Source: Candidatus Kerfeldbacteria bacterium RIFCSPLOWO2_02_FULL_42_19 | GTDB lineage: Bacteria > Patescibacteriota > Patescibacteriia > HO2-48-17 | Assembly (NCBI GenBank): GCA_001818315.1 | Contig: MHKF01000013.1 | Coordinates: 14,612-78,611, forward strand | Length of the DNA: 64,000 nucleotides | Direction of reading: 5' to 3' | In this document: positions 32,253 through 41,841 of the stretch, piece after piece | How the letters are laid out: each line of letters starts with the position of its first letter | Numbering within the stretch: position 1 is the first letter of the stretch | Notes under the pieces: generated by a model | Told to the model about the DNA's origin: nothing | Databases searched by the model: none | Seen by the model: only the letters and a program-made list of their open reading frames with translations | Translations under genes and position numbers: made by a program

Positions 32253-32268
32253 TGTTCCACGTGGAACA
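32253..32268. promoter_or_regulatory. parS site 4
   Basis: TGTTCCACGTGGAACA. Confidence 0.88.
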
Positions 32269-32587
32269 TTGCAGGAATAAAATCATTCAATTGTGTGTTT
32301 ATTGCATTGGGAATTGCGCATTTCACTGAATTTCTATCGCAAAAGTTTGATACACATCGCTGTGTGAGTAGGAAATGCAATTTATTTCACTCTTCGCCTT
32401 TTCCACGAACTTTGCTGCAATGTGTAAATCATGTGTGGTTGATTTTAGAAAACTACTCTCCATGAGTTATGAGAGTTCTTGACCTTGGAATTCTCAATAA
32501 TACATAATCAACGATAATGGGGATTTTTAATTATTATAGCATAAAATTTACAGAAATACAATTTTGTAGTATAAAATGTTATTATGG

Positions 32588-32616
32588 TTGACAAAATTCT
32601 ATTTTTGGAGTATAAT
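32588..32616 (+). promoter_or_regulatory. Consensus sigma70 promoter
   Basis: TTGACA-17 bp-TATAAT. Confidence 0.8.
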
Positions 32617-32761
32617 TTATAGTCTTAAAAGTACCTTTAAATAAACTAACACGGGTAGGTGTGGAGTGCCTCTATCTGACCCCCCACCTCCCACTTGTGT
32701 AAGCGTCGCTGTCTGTACATCGAAACAGATAAAGCGATGCGACCGAAGAAAGGATAAAGAG

Positions 32762-33589
32762 ATGAAAAATTTCGCAGGAATCGTGTTTTTCTTTTTGTAT
32801 TTTTTGGTTTCGGTTACCGCCCCAATGGCGCAGGAAGAAGAAGTGCGACCTGCTGGGTATGCGGAGGTTGGAGGGGGTATCGATAGTTATGCAGGCACCC
32901 ACGCGTTTTTCATTGACGCGGACGGTTGTTTGATGGGTTGGTGCTTGGGTCTCCGCGCGGGCGTCCCACCGAAGACAGCCGAGGTGGCGGGCGTTTATGT
33001 CCAAACCGTCAATATTTACGGCGGTTTCCACCTCATTAACATGGTGGAAGGGCATGACCGCGCTGCGCTTCGGATTATGGGTGGCGTTGCATCGTTCCCG
33101 CTTCCGGACACCGAGGAGTGGAACTACGACGAAGTTAAAACCGGTGAGGCCTGGAGCGATGCCGTGCTCCGGTTGAACGCCTTCGAGGTCGGCGGGAAAT
33201 TCGGTCGGCGTTGGTTCCCTGGCGAAGTTGCGCCGCATGTCTTCCTCTGGGAAGGCGAGGGAAAATTGTATCTTTCAAACAATTTTTCCTTCGGGGCGCG
33301 GATTGGCTCGCCGGAGCTCCCTCGCATCACGTTGAAAAATCAAAATTTTGTCCATCCTGGACATCAGATTGATTTTTCGATCAATATCGGGCAGCCGTAT
33401 TGGGGATTTTGGGGGGCGGAACTCTTCGGCGGATTCCAACCCTCTGATGAGGGCGGCGGCCACTTCGGGTTTCGGCTGCACCTCCGGTATCCATTCAAAC
33501 CGGAGTGGAAAGATTCGAAGCGAGAGGGACCGAAAAAACCGAAAATCCGACCGAGTTATCCTCCGCCCAGCGGCCCCGCTCCCAGATGA
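32762..33589 (+). CDS. Secreted hypothetical protein with beta-barrel-like amphipathic strands
   Basis: Signal peptide (..PMA-Q), Gly/aromatic alternating strands ending FGFRLHLRYPF, Pro-rich tail. Start at MKNF. Confidence 0.65.
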   Translation: MKNFAGIVFFFLYFLVSVTAPMAQEEEVRPAGYAEVGGGIDSYAGTHAFFIDADGCLMGWCLGLRAGVPPKTAEVAGVYVQTVNIYGGFHLINMVEGHDRAALRIMGGVASFPLPDTEEWNYDEVKTGEAWSDAVLRLNAFEVGGKFGRRWFPGEVAPHVFLWEGEGKLYLSNNFSFGARIGSPELPRITLKNQNFVHPGHQIDFSINIGQPYWGFWGAELFGGFQPSDEGGGHFGFRLHLRYPFKPEWKDSKREGPKKPKIRPSYPPPSGPAPR

Positions 33590-33783
33590 TTTCAACAATG
33601 TTGCGCTCCCGTGTAGCACAAAAAAACACGTGAGGTGCAACAAAATATTCGAGTTCATTTACGAAAACCTCTCTTGATTTCCATGCAGCATTTCTACCTT
33701 CTATATGGAATCAGAGAGGTTTTTTCGTTACAAAAAAATACCTTGTAGTCGCTCTCTGTTCGGTATATTTGTTCATTCAATGA

Positions 33784-33922
33784 GACGCTGTCGCTGGATA
33801 ACGTTTCTTATACAATAAAAAAAGAGGGGGAAGATTCTCCCTTTCGAAGCACTAACACTGCACAGTGTGCTGAGATAGGGAGAATCTTCCCCCTCGTTGT
33901 TATTATGACAAGTTAATTTTTC
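33784..33922. mobile_element. Degenerate MITE copy (arm B - GCAC core - partial arm A)
   Basis: GAGGGGGAAGATTCTCC/GGAGAATCTTCCCCCTC stem around CTTTCGAAGCACTAACACTGCACAGTGTGCTGAGA. Confidence 0.75.
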
Positions 33923-33962
33923 CAAGTCATCTACATCTTCTCATAGAGCAACTCTGAAGAGT

Positions 33963-34487
33963 TTAATAAATAGCGACGGTCGTTGCTTTGCGCCCGAATT
34001 GCCGCGCTTCATTACAGGTTGGAAACCAGAGATCTACTGCGTGCCAGAAGCGGGGATTCATGCGATCGCCAACGATAAATTTCTTTTTCTCAAACCCTCT
34101 CAACTCGGGGAATGCTACTTCTGTATTAAAGCGCAAAAAATTCGCGGCAATAATCTCTGGCGCTACATGTTGCCCTGATGCAGTAATAAATGGACTGCTA
34201 TCGGTATAGGCGGGATGACTGCAATAAGCGGTAGCCCACACTCTCAGCAGTTGCTTGGGTTGTGGCGGTTCAGGCTCTTTTGGTAATGGAGTCACGGGTA
34301 TCGCCGGACCGTAACTTATGAGATCTACTGCCTCACGATATTCTTGTATGAGCGAAACCTCAGAGACTTTTTGTGTTTCTGGTTTGTTCGTTTCGCTTCC
34401 ACCGATACTCGACAGTTGCATTAAAAAGGAAAAAAATAAACTCAATGGAAGTGATGTACTGCTCGCAATCGGAATATCACCGATCAT
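33963..34487 (-). CDS. 3D-domain (MltA-like) cell-wall protein
   Basis: ATAY.S...TDSSPFITASG, AANFL, DRMN, DLWFP..EARQFG. Start uncertain. Confidence 0.85.
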   Translation of the reverse strand: MIGDIPIASSTSLPLSLFFSFLMQLSSIGGSETNKPETQKVSEVSLIQEYREAVDLISYGPAIPVTPLPKEPEPPQPKQLLRVWATAYCSHPAYTDSSPFITASGQHVAPEIIAANFLRFNTEVAFPELRGFEKKKFIVGDRMNPRFWHAVDLWFPTCNEARQFGRKATTVAIY

Positions 34488-34834
34488 AGCGCTCGATCAA
34501 TAATAAGTACGTGCAATAGATGATATACTCGTCAAGCTTCTTTATGCTCCATAGAAATGAGGCATTTTACAAAAAAATTTTGTAAAACGCGCATTCTATT
34601 GCGTAAGCGATGCGACGAATGTATATATCAATGCACATAGACCCTCACCTGCCGCGCTCCAACGGAAATCAAAAAATTCAGCAAGAATACGCTGAATTTT
34701 TGTGTTGGAGTATCAAAGCAGTATAGCGCAGAAGTTGTTTTTGGTCAAGGGTAACGCGTTACATAGAAGCGACTGAACAATGCTATACTGCAATGAGAAC
34801 ACATCGACTTTATTTTTCATTTTAACCTATACCT

Positions 34835-35788
34835 ATGTTTCTTTTTGCCCCTATTACTTTCATAACCGCTGCTTTCACTTTTGTTATCAGCATTGCCATG
34901 CTTGTCATCGCCCTTTCGCAGGATACGCCCGTCATCGGACGTCCTCAGGCCGTACGGCACGCCTTCTTTTCCATATTAACACTACTCTCGCTCATGACCT
35001 CGGCGGCAAGCATTGTGTTTCTTACCCATGTTGGTTTCCGTATCTGGGTATTTCCGGACGCGCAGTATGAGCAATTTGGCTATAATTATCCACCGGGGCT
35101 TTATATCAATGCGCCAGAAAACGGTGTGCCTATAAAAATTGATTGCAAAATCCAAGAAACATGCACCCTCACCGATAATCAAAAAGATAGTATAAAAACA
35201 TGGATGGAAGATTATAAAAATTGGAGATCACAAAACGAAATTACTATTCGCAATCGCACTCACGCAATTAATGCGCTCTCTATACTCATCGTTGCCCTAC
35301 CGATCTTTTTTCTGAGTTATACTATCATGACACGCTCTTTTGCAACGACACAAAAAAAGAGCGCAACGCAACACGTCTATTATTATGGCGTTTCGTTCAC
35401 AACACTAGTGATGATACTCGTATCGGTCGGCCTTCTTGTGAATGCTTTAATGAATCAGTTATTGTTGCCGGAAAAAAAGGGGAACAATCCGCCCTTTCGA
35501 CCCTATGATACGACAGCGATCGCGAATGTGGAAAATGTCGTTGCTTGCACTGAAGAGTGTTCATTGCCAGCAGAATATAAAGATTTGGCAACGCAGTGGC
35601 AAAAAGATACGCAAATGTTTACAGACAGACAAAATACTCTTAATCGCTATCACACAACGTACGCCGTAACACTTCCCATCATGTTGATTGCGAGTCTTAT
35701 ATTCAGCTGGCACGCATCTCTCATTCGCAAACGTAATCAAGAAGAAGTATCTCCAACGACGGCGCCTACAAAAAAGACGAGTGTTTAA
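34835..35788 (+). CDS. Multi-TM protein (DUF5671-like)
   Basis: Duplicated module: Y.Y.VSF.TL..L.S TM, Cys-containing loop, IVALPIF / IFSWH. Confidence 0.65.
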   Translation: MFLFAPITFITAAFTFVISIAMLVIALSQDTPVIGRPQAVRHAFFSILTLLSLMTSAASIVFLTHVGFRIWVFPDAQYEQFGYNYPPGLYINAPENGVPIKIDCKIQETCTLTDNQKDSIKTWMEDYKNWRSQNEITIRNRTHAINALSILIVALPIFFLSYTIMTRSFATTQKKSATQHVYYYGVSFTTLVMILVSVGLLVNALMNQLLLPEKKGNNPPFRPYDTTAIANVENVVACTEECSLPAEYKDLATQWQKDTQMFTDRQNTLNRYHTTYAVTLPIMLIASLIFSWHASLIRKRNQEEVSPTTAPTKKTSV

Positions 35789-35791
35789 TTT

Positions 35792-35866
35792 TGGAGCGGG
35801 TAACGGGATTCGAACCCGTCTCATCTGCTTGGAAGGCAGATATAATAGCCCCTATACGATACCCGC
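35792..35866 (-). tRNA. tRNA-Gly(TCC)
   Basis: GCGGGTA/TACCCGC acceptor, TCTGC-CTTCCAA-GCAGA arm, encoded CCA. Confidence 0.95.
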
Positions 35867-35944
35867 GACATGACACATCTTCACGGAACTCGCGCTGAAG
35901 ATGTATGAGCAATCATACTATAAGCGTCCGTCGTTCTCAAACTT

Positions 35945-36517
35945 TCAGGAAGTTGATTTTGGTGTCATCTCCCGAAGTTTTTTATAGACAGCAAGAGTTG
36001 CATGCGCATCCGAAAGAGCTTCGTGTTCTTTATTCAGTGGCACATGAAAATATGTCGTCAATTCTTTCAGACTAAATTTTTTCAATTCTGGAACATCATG
36101 CAGTACCAGAAATGCCATGGACATGATATCGAGACGATGATAGTGTAACGTATCTTCGAGCCCTTCGCTGGATAAAGCCCTCCGCAAAAACGCCCAATCA
36201 AATGAAATATTCTGCCCGATGAGCAGTCCATCATTTGCGTCTTCTAAAAACTGCGCGAGAGCTTGACGCAGAGGCATAGCATCCGACCAATCCCGTTTCT
36301 CATATTGAATAATCGAAAGCGCAAACGGATCAGCTGTTTCGAGATGTTTTACCTGCACTTGCAAAGATTTTTCTTTCAGGATACGCAGCGTGTGTTGATC
36401 AGCCACAACGTATGCGAGTTCTATAATTTCATGTTGCTCGGGGATAATGCCTGTTGTTTCAATATCAAAAAATACGAGCGGATGATTTCGCATATTGACG
36501 AGCTGCTGTTTGCGCAT
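35945..36517 (-). CDS. DEDDh 3'-5' exonuclease (DnaQ-like)
   Basis: FFDIETTG, GQNISFDW.FL, HEALSDA. Confidence 0.92.
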   Translation of the reverse strand: MRKQQLVNMRNHPLVFFDIETTGIIPEQHEIIELAYVVADQHTLRILKEKSLQVQVKHLETADPFALSIIQYEKRDWSDAMPLRQALAQFLEDANDGLLIGQNISFDWAFLRRALSSEGLEDTLHYHRLDIMSMAFLVLHDVPELKKFSLKELTTYFHVPLNKEHEALSDAHATLAVYKKLREMTPKSTS

Positions 36518-36565
36518 ACATTGTGCAGTTAAAAAGTCTATCGGCCTCTCCCGTGCAAGAAGGCG

Positions 36566-38776
36566 TTATACAAGAGGCTCTTCAAAATCACCCTCCTCAT
36601 CAGACGCATTTGCATTGGTAGTATGTGTATTTGATCCGTTTCCAATCTTATCCATCTCGGCGATTTCTTTTTCTACATCTGTTGTTGGAGTTGCGTACTT
36701 CGTGCGACTTGCGGTCATCATTTTTTGACGGAGTTCGGCGGGGAAGACCGGATCTGGAACATCGATCGTCTTTGCAGAAAAGGCAGGAGTCACAACACCG
36801 TCGATAGACATCTTGAGATACATTTCGCGAATTCCAAGATTAATAATATCATATCCACTGAATCGCGGAGCAAATTCGTTGGCAATGTAATTGGCGTCAT
36901 CGGCGCCCATGCGCAGGGTAATAAGCGAACCTACATTCCCAAACACCGTCTCGCGCGTGGAAGCAAGTAACTGCCCAAGATACTGATGTGAAATCGTGAG
37001 GTTCAAGCGATATTTACGAGCTTCCGAGAGAATGTTATCAAATGTTTTTGTCGCAAAATTCTGAAATTCATCAACATAGAGATAAAAATCTTTCCGTTTT
37101 TCTGCGCTTAAAAATGCACGTGCCATGGCGGCTTGTTCGATTTTGGTGATGATGAGCGAACCAAGGAGCGCTGCATTTTCTTCACCGAGTTTTCCTTTTG
37201 AAAGTTCCACAAGCAGAATCTTTTCGTTATTCATAATTTCTTCAAGATCCACCTTGTTTTTGGATTGTGCTACGATATTCCGTACCATTTCGTTAGAGAG
37301 GAATTGTCCTAATTTGTTGACGAGCGGCACGATTGCTTCGTTATCAAATTTTTCCGACCAACTCGAAAATTCATTTGCCCAGAATTTTTTGACGACATGA
37401 TCTTGGATGACTGTAATCACTTGCTGGCGATACGCGCGATCTGTAAGCATCTTTTGAATGCCCATAATCGTCGCTTTCGGATAATCCAATAGCGCAAGAA
37501 CAGTAAATCGGAATACATGCTCAATTTTCGGTGACCAATCAGCGCCGAAAAATTTTTTAAACACTTCAATTAACCCCTGCGTTGTTTGTTGTTTGAATTC
37601 TCGCGACACGTTTGCTACAGGGTTAAAGGCAATCGGATAATCTAAATCCGCTGGACTAAAGAGTACGAGATCACTGATGCGCCTTTCCGGAACATGCGCG
37701 AGTACCGCCTGCACGAGATCACCGTGAGGATCAATCACACACACGCCTTTGTGCATCTTGATATCATCGGCAATAAGTTTTTCAAGGAGTTTGGATTTTC
37801 CGGTGCCGCTTTTACCTACAACATACAGATGCCGACGACGATCTTCGCGTTTAATTCCGAATTCCATCTGCTGTCCACGAAAATTTGTGACACCGAAAAT
37901 CGAAATATCCTGTGTCGGTGTATTTTCCGTAGAAGGTAAATGCATAGGCGGTTCAGCACGTCGAGAATAAAGCCAGTTCACGCCACTGATCTTGGACGCA
38001 GCATCTGGCGCGTGAAAGAGTGCTGCGATTTCGTCAGTGTTAAATACGCCAGTGGGTTGCTCTGAGTGACTAAAATAAGCATCGACCGCCGTCTGCACAG
38101 CAGGAGCCGTCTTTACAACGATTTGGAGTTGTTCTGTAGAAAACGGACTAAAAATGCTTTCAAAAGAAGCGTTGTGCATGTCAATGTGCGATGCGTTATT
38201 TGGAAAATAGAGGATGCGAATTGTCGTATTAAACTTCGGTTTTACTACCTGAATCTCCTGTTTTTCTGCAAAGCCATATAGACCGCTCGCGCGTGTGCCT
38301 TCGCCGGTGAGTGATTCATCTACTGTGCGGAGAATCAGCTGAAAAAAAACTGCATCCGTAGCTGGAATCTGACCCAAGACATTGAAAAAAGCATTCAGGG
38401 GATCCGCGCTCATCGTGCGCGCCGAGCGCAGTGAAAAAGCTTCGCTGCCTTTGAGTTGGACTTGAAAACCGACCGCTTGCGATGGAAGTCGGCTGAGTTG
38501 ATCATAATCGTCCATTGCTTCGAGCGAAGCATCTGGGAAGAGTGCATAAAAAAATGACCGTACCGTCGCAACGAGTACGTTGGGAGCGATCATATAAAAA
38601 TTCATGATGCCGCGAATTTGCACAATTTCGAGGCCGAGTGTTTCTTTATGATCCGACAGCGGCAAAAAAATACTGTAAAAAAAAGTTTCAAATTTTTCGA
38701 TTTGATTCAGAACGTTGGTATGCGCGCTCTCAAAAGGAAAACGCACACGAAGCATGACGGGTTGTTTCATATACAT
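36566..38776 (-). CDS. VirD4/TraG-like (type IV secretion coupling, HerA/FtsK-like) ATPase
   Basis: DRRRHLYVVGKSGTGKS, IDPHGD, LYVDEFQNF, LSEARKY, HQY. Confidence 0.9.
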   Translation of the reverse strand: MYMKQPVMLRVRFPFESAHTNVLNQIEKFETFFYSIFLPLSDHKETLGLEIVQIRGIMNFYMIAPNVLVATVRSFFYALFPDASLEAMDDYDQLSRLPSQAVGFQVQLKGSEAFSLRSARTMSADPLNAFFNVLGQIPATDAVFFQLILRTVDESLTGEGTRASGLYGFAEKQEIQVVKPKFNTTIRILYFPNNASHIDMHNASFESIFSPFSTEQLQIVVKTAPAVQTAVDAYFSHSEQPTGVFNTDEIAALFHAPDAASKISGVNWLYSRRAEPPMHLPSTENTPTQDISIFGVTNFRGQQMEFGIKREDRRRHLYVVGKSGTGKSKLLEKLIADDIKMHKGVCVIDPHGDLVQAVLAHVPERRISDLVLFSPADLDYPIAFNPVANVSREFKQQTTQGLIEVFKKFFGADWSPKIEHVFRFTVLALLDYPKATIMGIQKMLTDRAYRQQVITVIQDHVVKKFWANEFSSWSEKFDNEAIVPLVNKLGQFLSNEMVRNIVAQSKNKVDLEEIMNNEKILLVELSKGKLGEENAALLGSLIITKIEQAAMARAFLSAEKRKDFYLYVDEFQNFATKTFDNILSEARKYRLNLTISHQYLGQLLASTRETVFGNVGSLITLRMGADDANYIANEFAPRFSGYDIINLGIREMYLKMSIDGVVTPAFSAKTIDVPDPVFPAELRQKMMTASRTKYATPTTDVEKEIAEMDKIGNGSNTHTTNANASDEEGDFEEPLV

Positions 38777-38824
38777 TACTTAACAAGAAAAATAGTGGAC
38801 TGTCAATGAATGCGTTAATGCAGT

Positions 38825-38964
38825 GCGACTATCGCCGAATACTATTTCTTGTCCAATGCACAAAGCAAAAGAGGAGGAAGACTCTCCTTTCTCAGCACAC
38901 TGTGCAGTGTCAGTGCTTCGAAAGCGAGCGTCTGCCTCCTCTTTTTTCTATGATTCACATTCAT
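38825..38964. mobile_element. MITE copy (arm B - GCAC core - truncated arm A)
   Basis: GACTATCGCCGAATAC end, AAAAGAGGAGGAAGAC stem and core. An extra degenerate end lies at 38796-38814. Confidence 0.78.
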
Positions 38965-39107
38965 TGCTTACAATTCGGCTCCCAGTACGGAACGCGTCAT
39001 TTCTCAACACAAAGACCCTTCCTGTATTGAGTCCTGAGACTTGCTACAAGAAGGGTCTTAAAAATTACATACTCTCACTTAGGTTATCCGAAACATTTTT
39101 GCGTACA

Positions 39108-41489
39108 TCACGATTTTTTTACGATCTTCGCGATGAGCGCTTGCGTTTCCGGAGTGCCCACAAGCGAGAGAAAAGCTTCGCGTTCGAGATCAAGTAGATC
39201 CTGTTCAGTGACGAATCTACCGAGGTGGGTAGTCCCGCCACAGAGAATGTATGCAAGTCGACGGATGATGGTTGCTGAATGCGAGTCAAACGGAACCTCG
39301 AGCGCGATGATCACCCCTTCTGCGAGCGGCTGAGAGAGTGAGCATCCCGGCAGGTTGAAAAGAAACGGTTTCCGCGGCAGGTATAGCTGCTGTCCATTGA
39401 GCCAAAGCGCTTCTTGGCAAGCACGAAACAACACGTGCTCCTGACCGAGTCCACGCGAATGCACGATGAGATCATCGCATCGCAAGAATCCAAGATCTCG
39501 CGCGTGCACTGCGTGTTTGGAGCGAGCACACATTACGTGCAGCAGAAGCACTGGCTTTATGAACTGCCACGCCACCTCAACTGTCCAACCCGCGCCTGTC
39601 ATCACCTGAAACGGAATTCCCTCCAGTGCGTTCCGCAACGTACGCATGCATCCGCCCGCTGCCGCTACCAGACCCACATCCTTTTCCGGTTGACCCTGAA
39701 ACAGCCAGAAGTTTGCGACTGTGCGAGTACTTGCAAGGATGAGCTCACTACCAAGACCAAGTGCGAGGCTATGCGGTGCGACGACGACAGGCACTCTCGC
39801 ATAGGTCATCCTCTGCGTGAGATCCTGTGCCGTCACCAAAAACCGTTCGATCTCGGCGAAGTTTCCTGCCTGAGCCTGCTCCAGTAGCCACAAAAGATTT
39901 GCACCTGCAGAAAACGCCTTCTTGTGCGCATGTCCGACTATCACCGGGAGGTCGTCTGCTTCGGCAATGTTGAGTGCATCTTCTAACACATCAACGCATT
40001 GGAGAGTGAACGGATTCACCACACCCGAGTGGAATTCTACCAGCACCACATCGAGATCACCCAGACGGTATGCTGTCGCATCATTATTTTGACTGATGAT
40101 GTTTCCTCCATCCTCCCTTCGCAGTTCTTCGAGATCGATTATTTCTTCAGTCTCGGGAATGGACTGCCATACGCCATTACTTTGTCGTACACTCTGTGGT
40201 TTCTGTGGGGTACTATAGATGTGCACGCCAGCTTCTCGATACCAATCAGGTATCGCTGTCGCTGTAAAATAACCGACCTGCTCTGCACCGGCAATCACTG
40301 CAACACGCCCTATCATTTCACAGATCTGCAGAGGGCCGATGGGCCAGTTGAACCCCCATCGCATAGCCTTGTCAATGGAAAGTAGATCCTCACAGACTTT
40401 CCCCACGAGCCAGAGCGCGTAGGTAAGGACCGGGTAAAAGCAGTTCCGAGCAAATTCGGCTGCTGCATCTGGCCCCTGTAGAAGATGCTGGCGCGCTTTG
40501 TGAGCATCGCCCTGCTGCGTGAGTAGCGATGCTTCGCTCAGAGACGGGTACCTGTTCGAAGGTTGTTCAGGAAGGTACGGAACGTACATGTTGCTCTCAA
40601 AGTCGAAGACGAACTTCTGCTTGCCCTCACGAGCGTAGAACCCACGCTGATTCAGAGCGTTGCGACCCGTATGACAGAGCTTCACAAGTCGCTCGACGAA
40701 TTCGATGGGGTGGAAGTAGTGAAGGAACGGGTCGGGCTCGAGGTGCTCATAGTCGAACACGTTACTCGCGACCGGTTCCAGTAACTGCAGACCGACGATG
40801 TCTGCCGTGTTGAGCGGTTTCCAACCGAACAGTACCTGGAACACCGCATCAACATCATTGACCAGCATGCCCTTTGGCCAGTGAAAGAAAGGAATCTGCA
40901 TGGCCATGACGCCAAGTCGGTTCCCGATGAAGTTCGGCGTGTTAAAAACTTCTATAACTCCTTTCTGTAACACATCACGCCCGAACTCCATGAAGGCTGT
41001 GAAGAGTTGCGGATCTGTTGCAGTCCCCGCACAGACCTCGAGTAACGGCAGAACGGCAACTGGATTGAAGAAATGCGTGACGAACGTATTTTCACGCAAG
41101 TCTTGTGAAGTGCCCGCAACGATCTCATCAATGTTGAGGCCGCTCGTGTTGGAGCTCACGATAGCTTCTGCTCTGCGGTGCTGATCGATGAGTCTGAAGA
41201 CACCTTGCTTCACCTTGAGCTCTTCATAGACTGCCTCGACGATCCAATTGGCATCCGCGAGTCGCTTGTCATCAACACCGATTGTACACGGTCGAATGCG
41301 AAGCAGGTCTTGCGCAGAGAATACTGCACCGCGTTCAAGTAACTTCTCCCATGCGAGTTGAGAAACTTGCACGTCACCTTGCTGGACATCGAAGAGATCC
41401 ACATCAAACCACTGGGCAAGCCAGCCGGCAATCTGTGATCCCATCGTGCCCGCGCCGATAACGGCGACACGACGAATGTTGAGTTTCAA
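39108..41489 (-). CDS. 3-hydroxyacyl-CoA dehydrogenase/enoyl-CoA hydratase fusion (FadN-like)
   Basis: GAGTMGSQIA, EAVYE, SSNTSG, THFFNP, NFIGNR, IDKAMRWGFNW..GP, crotonase FSAGANL, EQDLLDLEREAFLSL. TTG start with AAGGAGG RBS. Confidence 0.9.
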   Translation of the reverse strand: MKLNIRRVAVIGAGTMGSQIAGWLAQWFDVDLFDVQQGDVQVSQLAWEKLLERGAVFSAQDLLRIRPCTIGVDDKRLADANWIVEAVYEELKVKQGVFRLIDQHRRAEAIVSSNTSGLNIDEIVAGTSQDLRENTFVTHFFNPVAVLPLLEVCAGTATDPQLFTAFMEFGRDVLQKGVIEVFNTPNFIGNRLGVMAMQIPFFHWPKGMLVNDVDAVFQVLFGWKPLNTADIVGLQLLEPVASNVFDYEHLEPDPFLHYFHPIEFVERLVKLCHTGRNALNQRGFYAREGKQKFVFDFESNMYVPYLPEQPSNRYPSLSEASLLTQQGDAHKARQHLLQGPDAAAEFARNCFYPVLTYALWLVGKVCEDLLSIDKAMRWGFNWPIGPLQICEMIGRVAVIAGAEQVGYFTATAIPDWYREAGVHIYSTPQKPQSVRQSNGVWQSIPETEEIIDLEELRREDGGNIISQNNDATAYRLGDLDVVLVEFHSGVVNPFTLQCVDVLEDALNIAEADDLPVIVGHAHKKAFSAGANLLWLLEQAQAGNFAEIERFLVTAQDLTQRMTYARVPVVVAPHSLALGLGSELILASTRTVANFWLFQGQPEKDVGLVAAAGGCMRTLRNALEGIPFQVMTGAGWTVEVAWQFIKPVLLLHVMCARSKHAVHARDLGFLRCDDLIVHSRGLGQEHVLFRACQEALWLNGQQLYLPRKPFLFNLPGCSLSQPLAEGVIIALEVPFDSHSATIIRRLAYILCGGTTHLGRFVTEQDLLDLEREAFLSLVGTPETQALIAKIVKKS

Positions 41490-41507
41490 TGTGCACCTCC
41501 TTATATT

Positions 41508-41603
41508 CAGACTGTCTGAGAACTGCCAGTGTGGCGATTCTTGAAAATTTCGTTAACTAACCTTAGTCTCGAAATATTCAAAAAGTAATTGTCAGACAGT
41601 CTG
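41508..41603. repeat. 96-bp element with 12-bp TIR CAGACTGTCTGA
   Basis: CAGACTGTCTGA...TCAGACAGTCTG. Left end is shared with 4303-4318. Confidence 0.6.
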
Positions 41604-41841
41604 TGCGAGATTCTGTAAATAACCTGCTCAAAAAACATCAGTACAACTTTAGGACTCTTCTTACAAAAAAAGAGGCCGTACACAAAGCTGACTGTCTGTC
41701 TTTAAAGACATGGCTATCCTACTAAAGAAATAGATTGTGTGCAAGATCACCTCATGGAGTCGAAAAACAGACAGAGACCTCGAGAAAAAAATTCTACGAG
41801 GTCTCTCTGAGATCTCTTATGATACCTTTCGCTCATCGACC

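Noticed and set aside
30459-32465. Short ORFs such as 30459-30743, 31673-31906, 31926-32162 (also 9721-9909 and 38823-39197)
   Set aside because: They are translations of the repeat (shared GLSPN.LSS / YSATDP / SVLRK peptides) or of parS-containing intergenic DNA.
32120-32640. AT-rich intergenic region near parS as oriC
   Set aside because: No DnaA-box cluster or dnaA/dnaN seen. The one perfect TGTGGATAA I noticed (8811-8819) is isolated inside a CDS.
36566-38776. VirD4-like gene as a conjugative element
   Set aside because: No relaxase, VirB4, integrase or oriT nearby. Standalone copies are common chromosomal genes in CPR.
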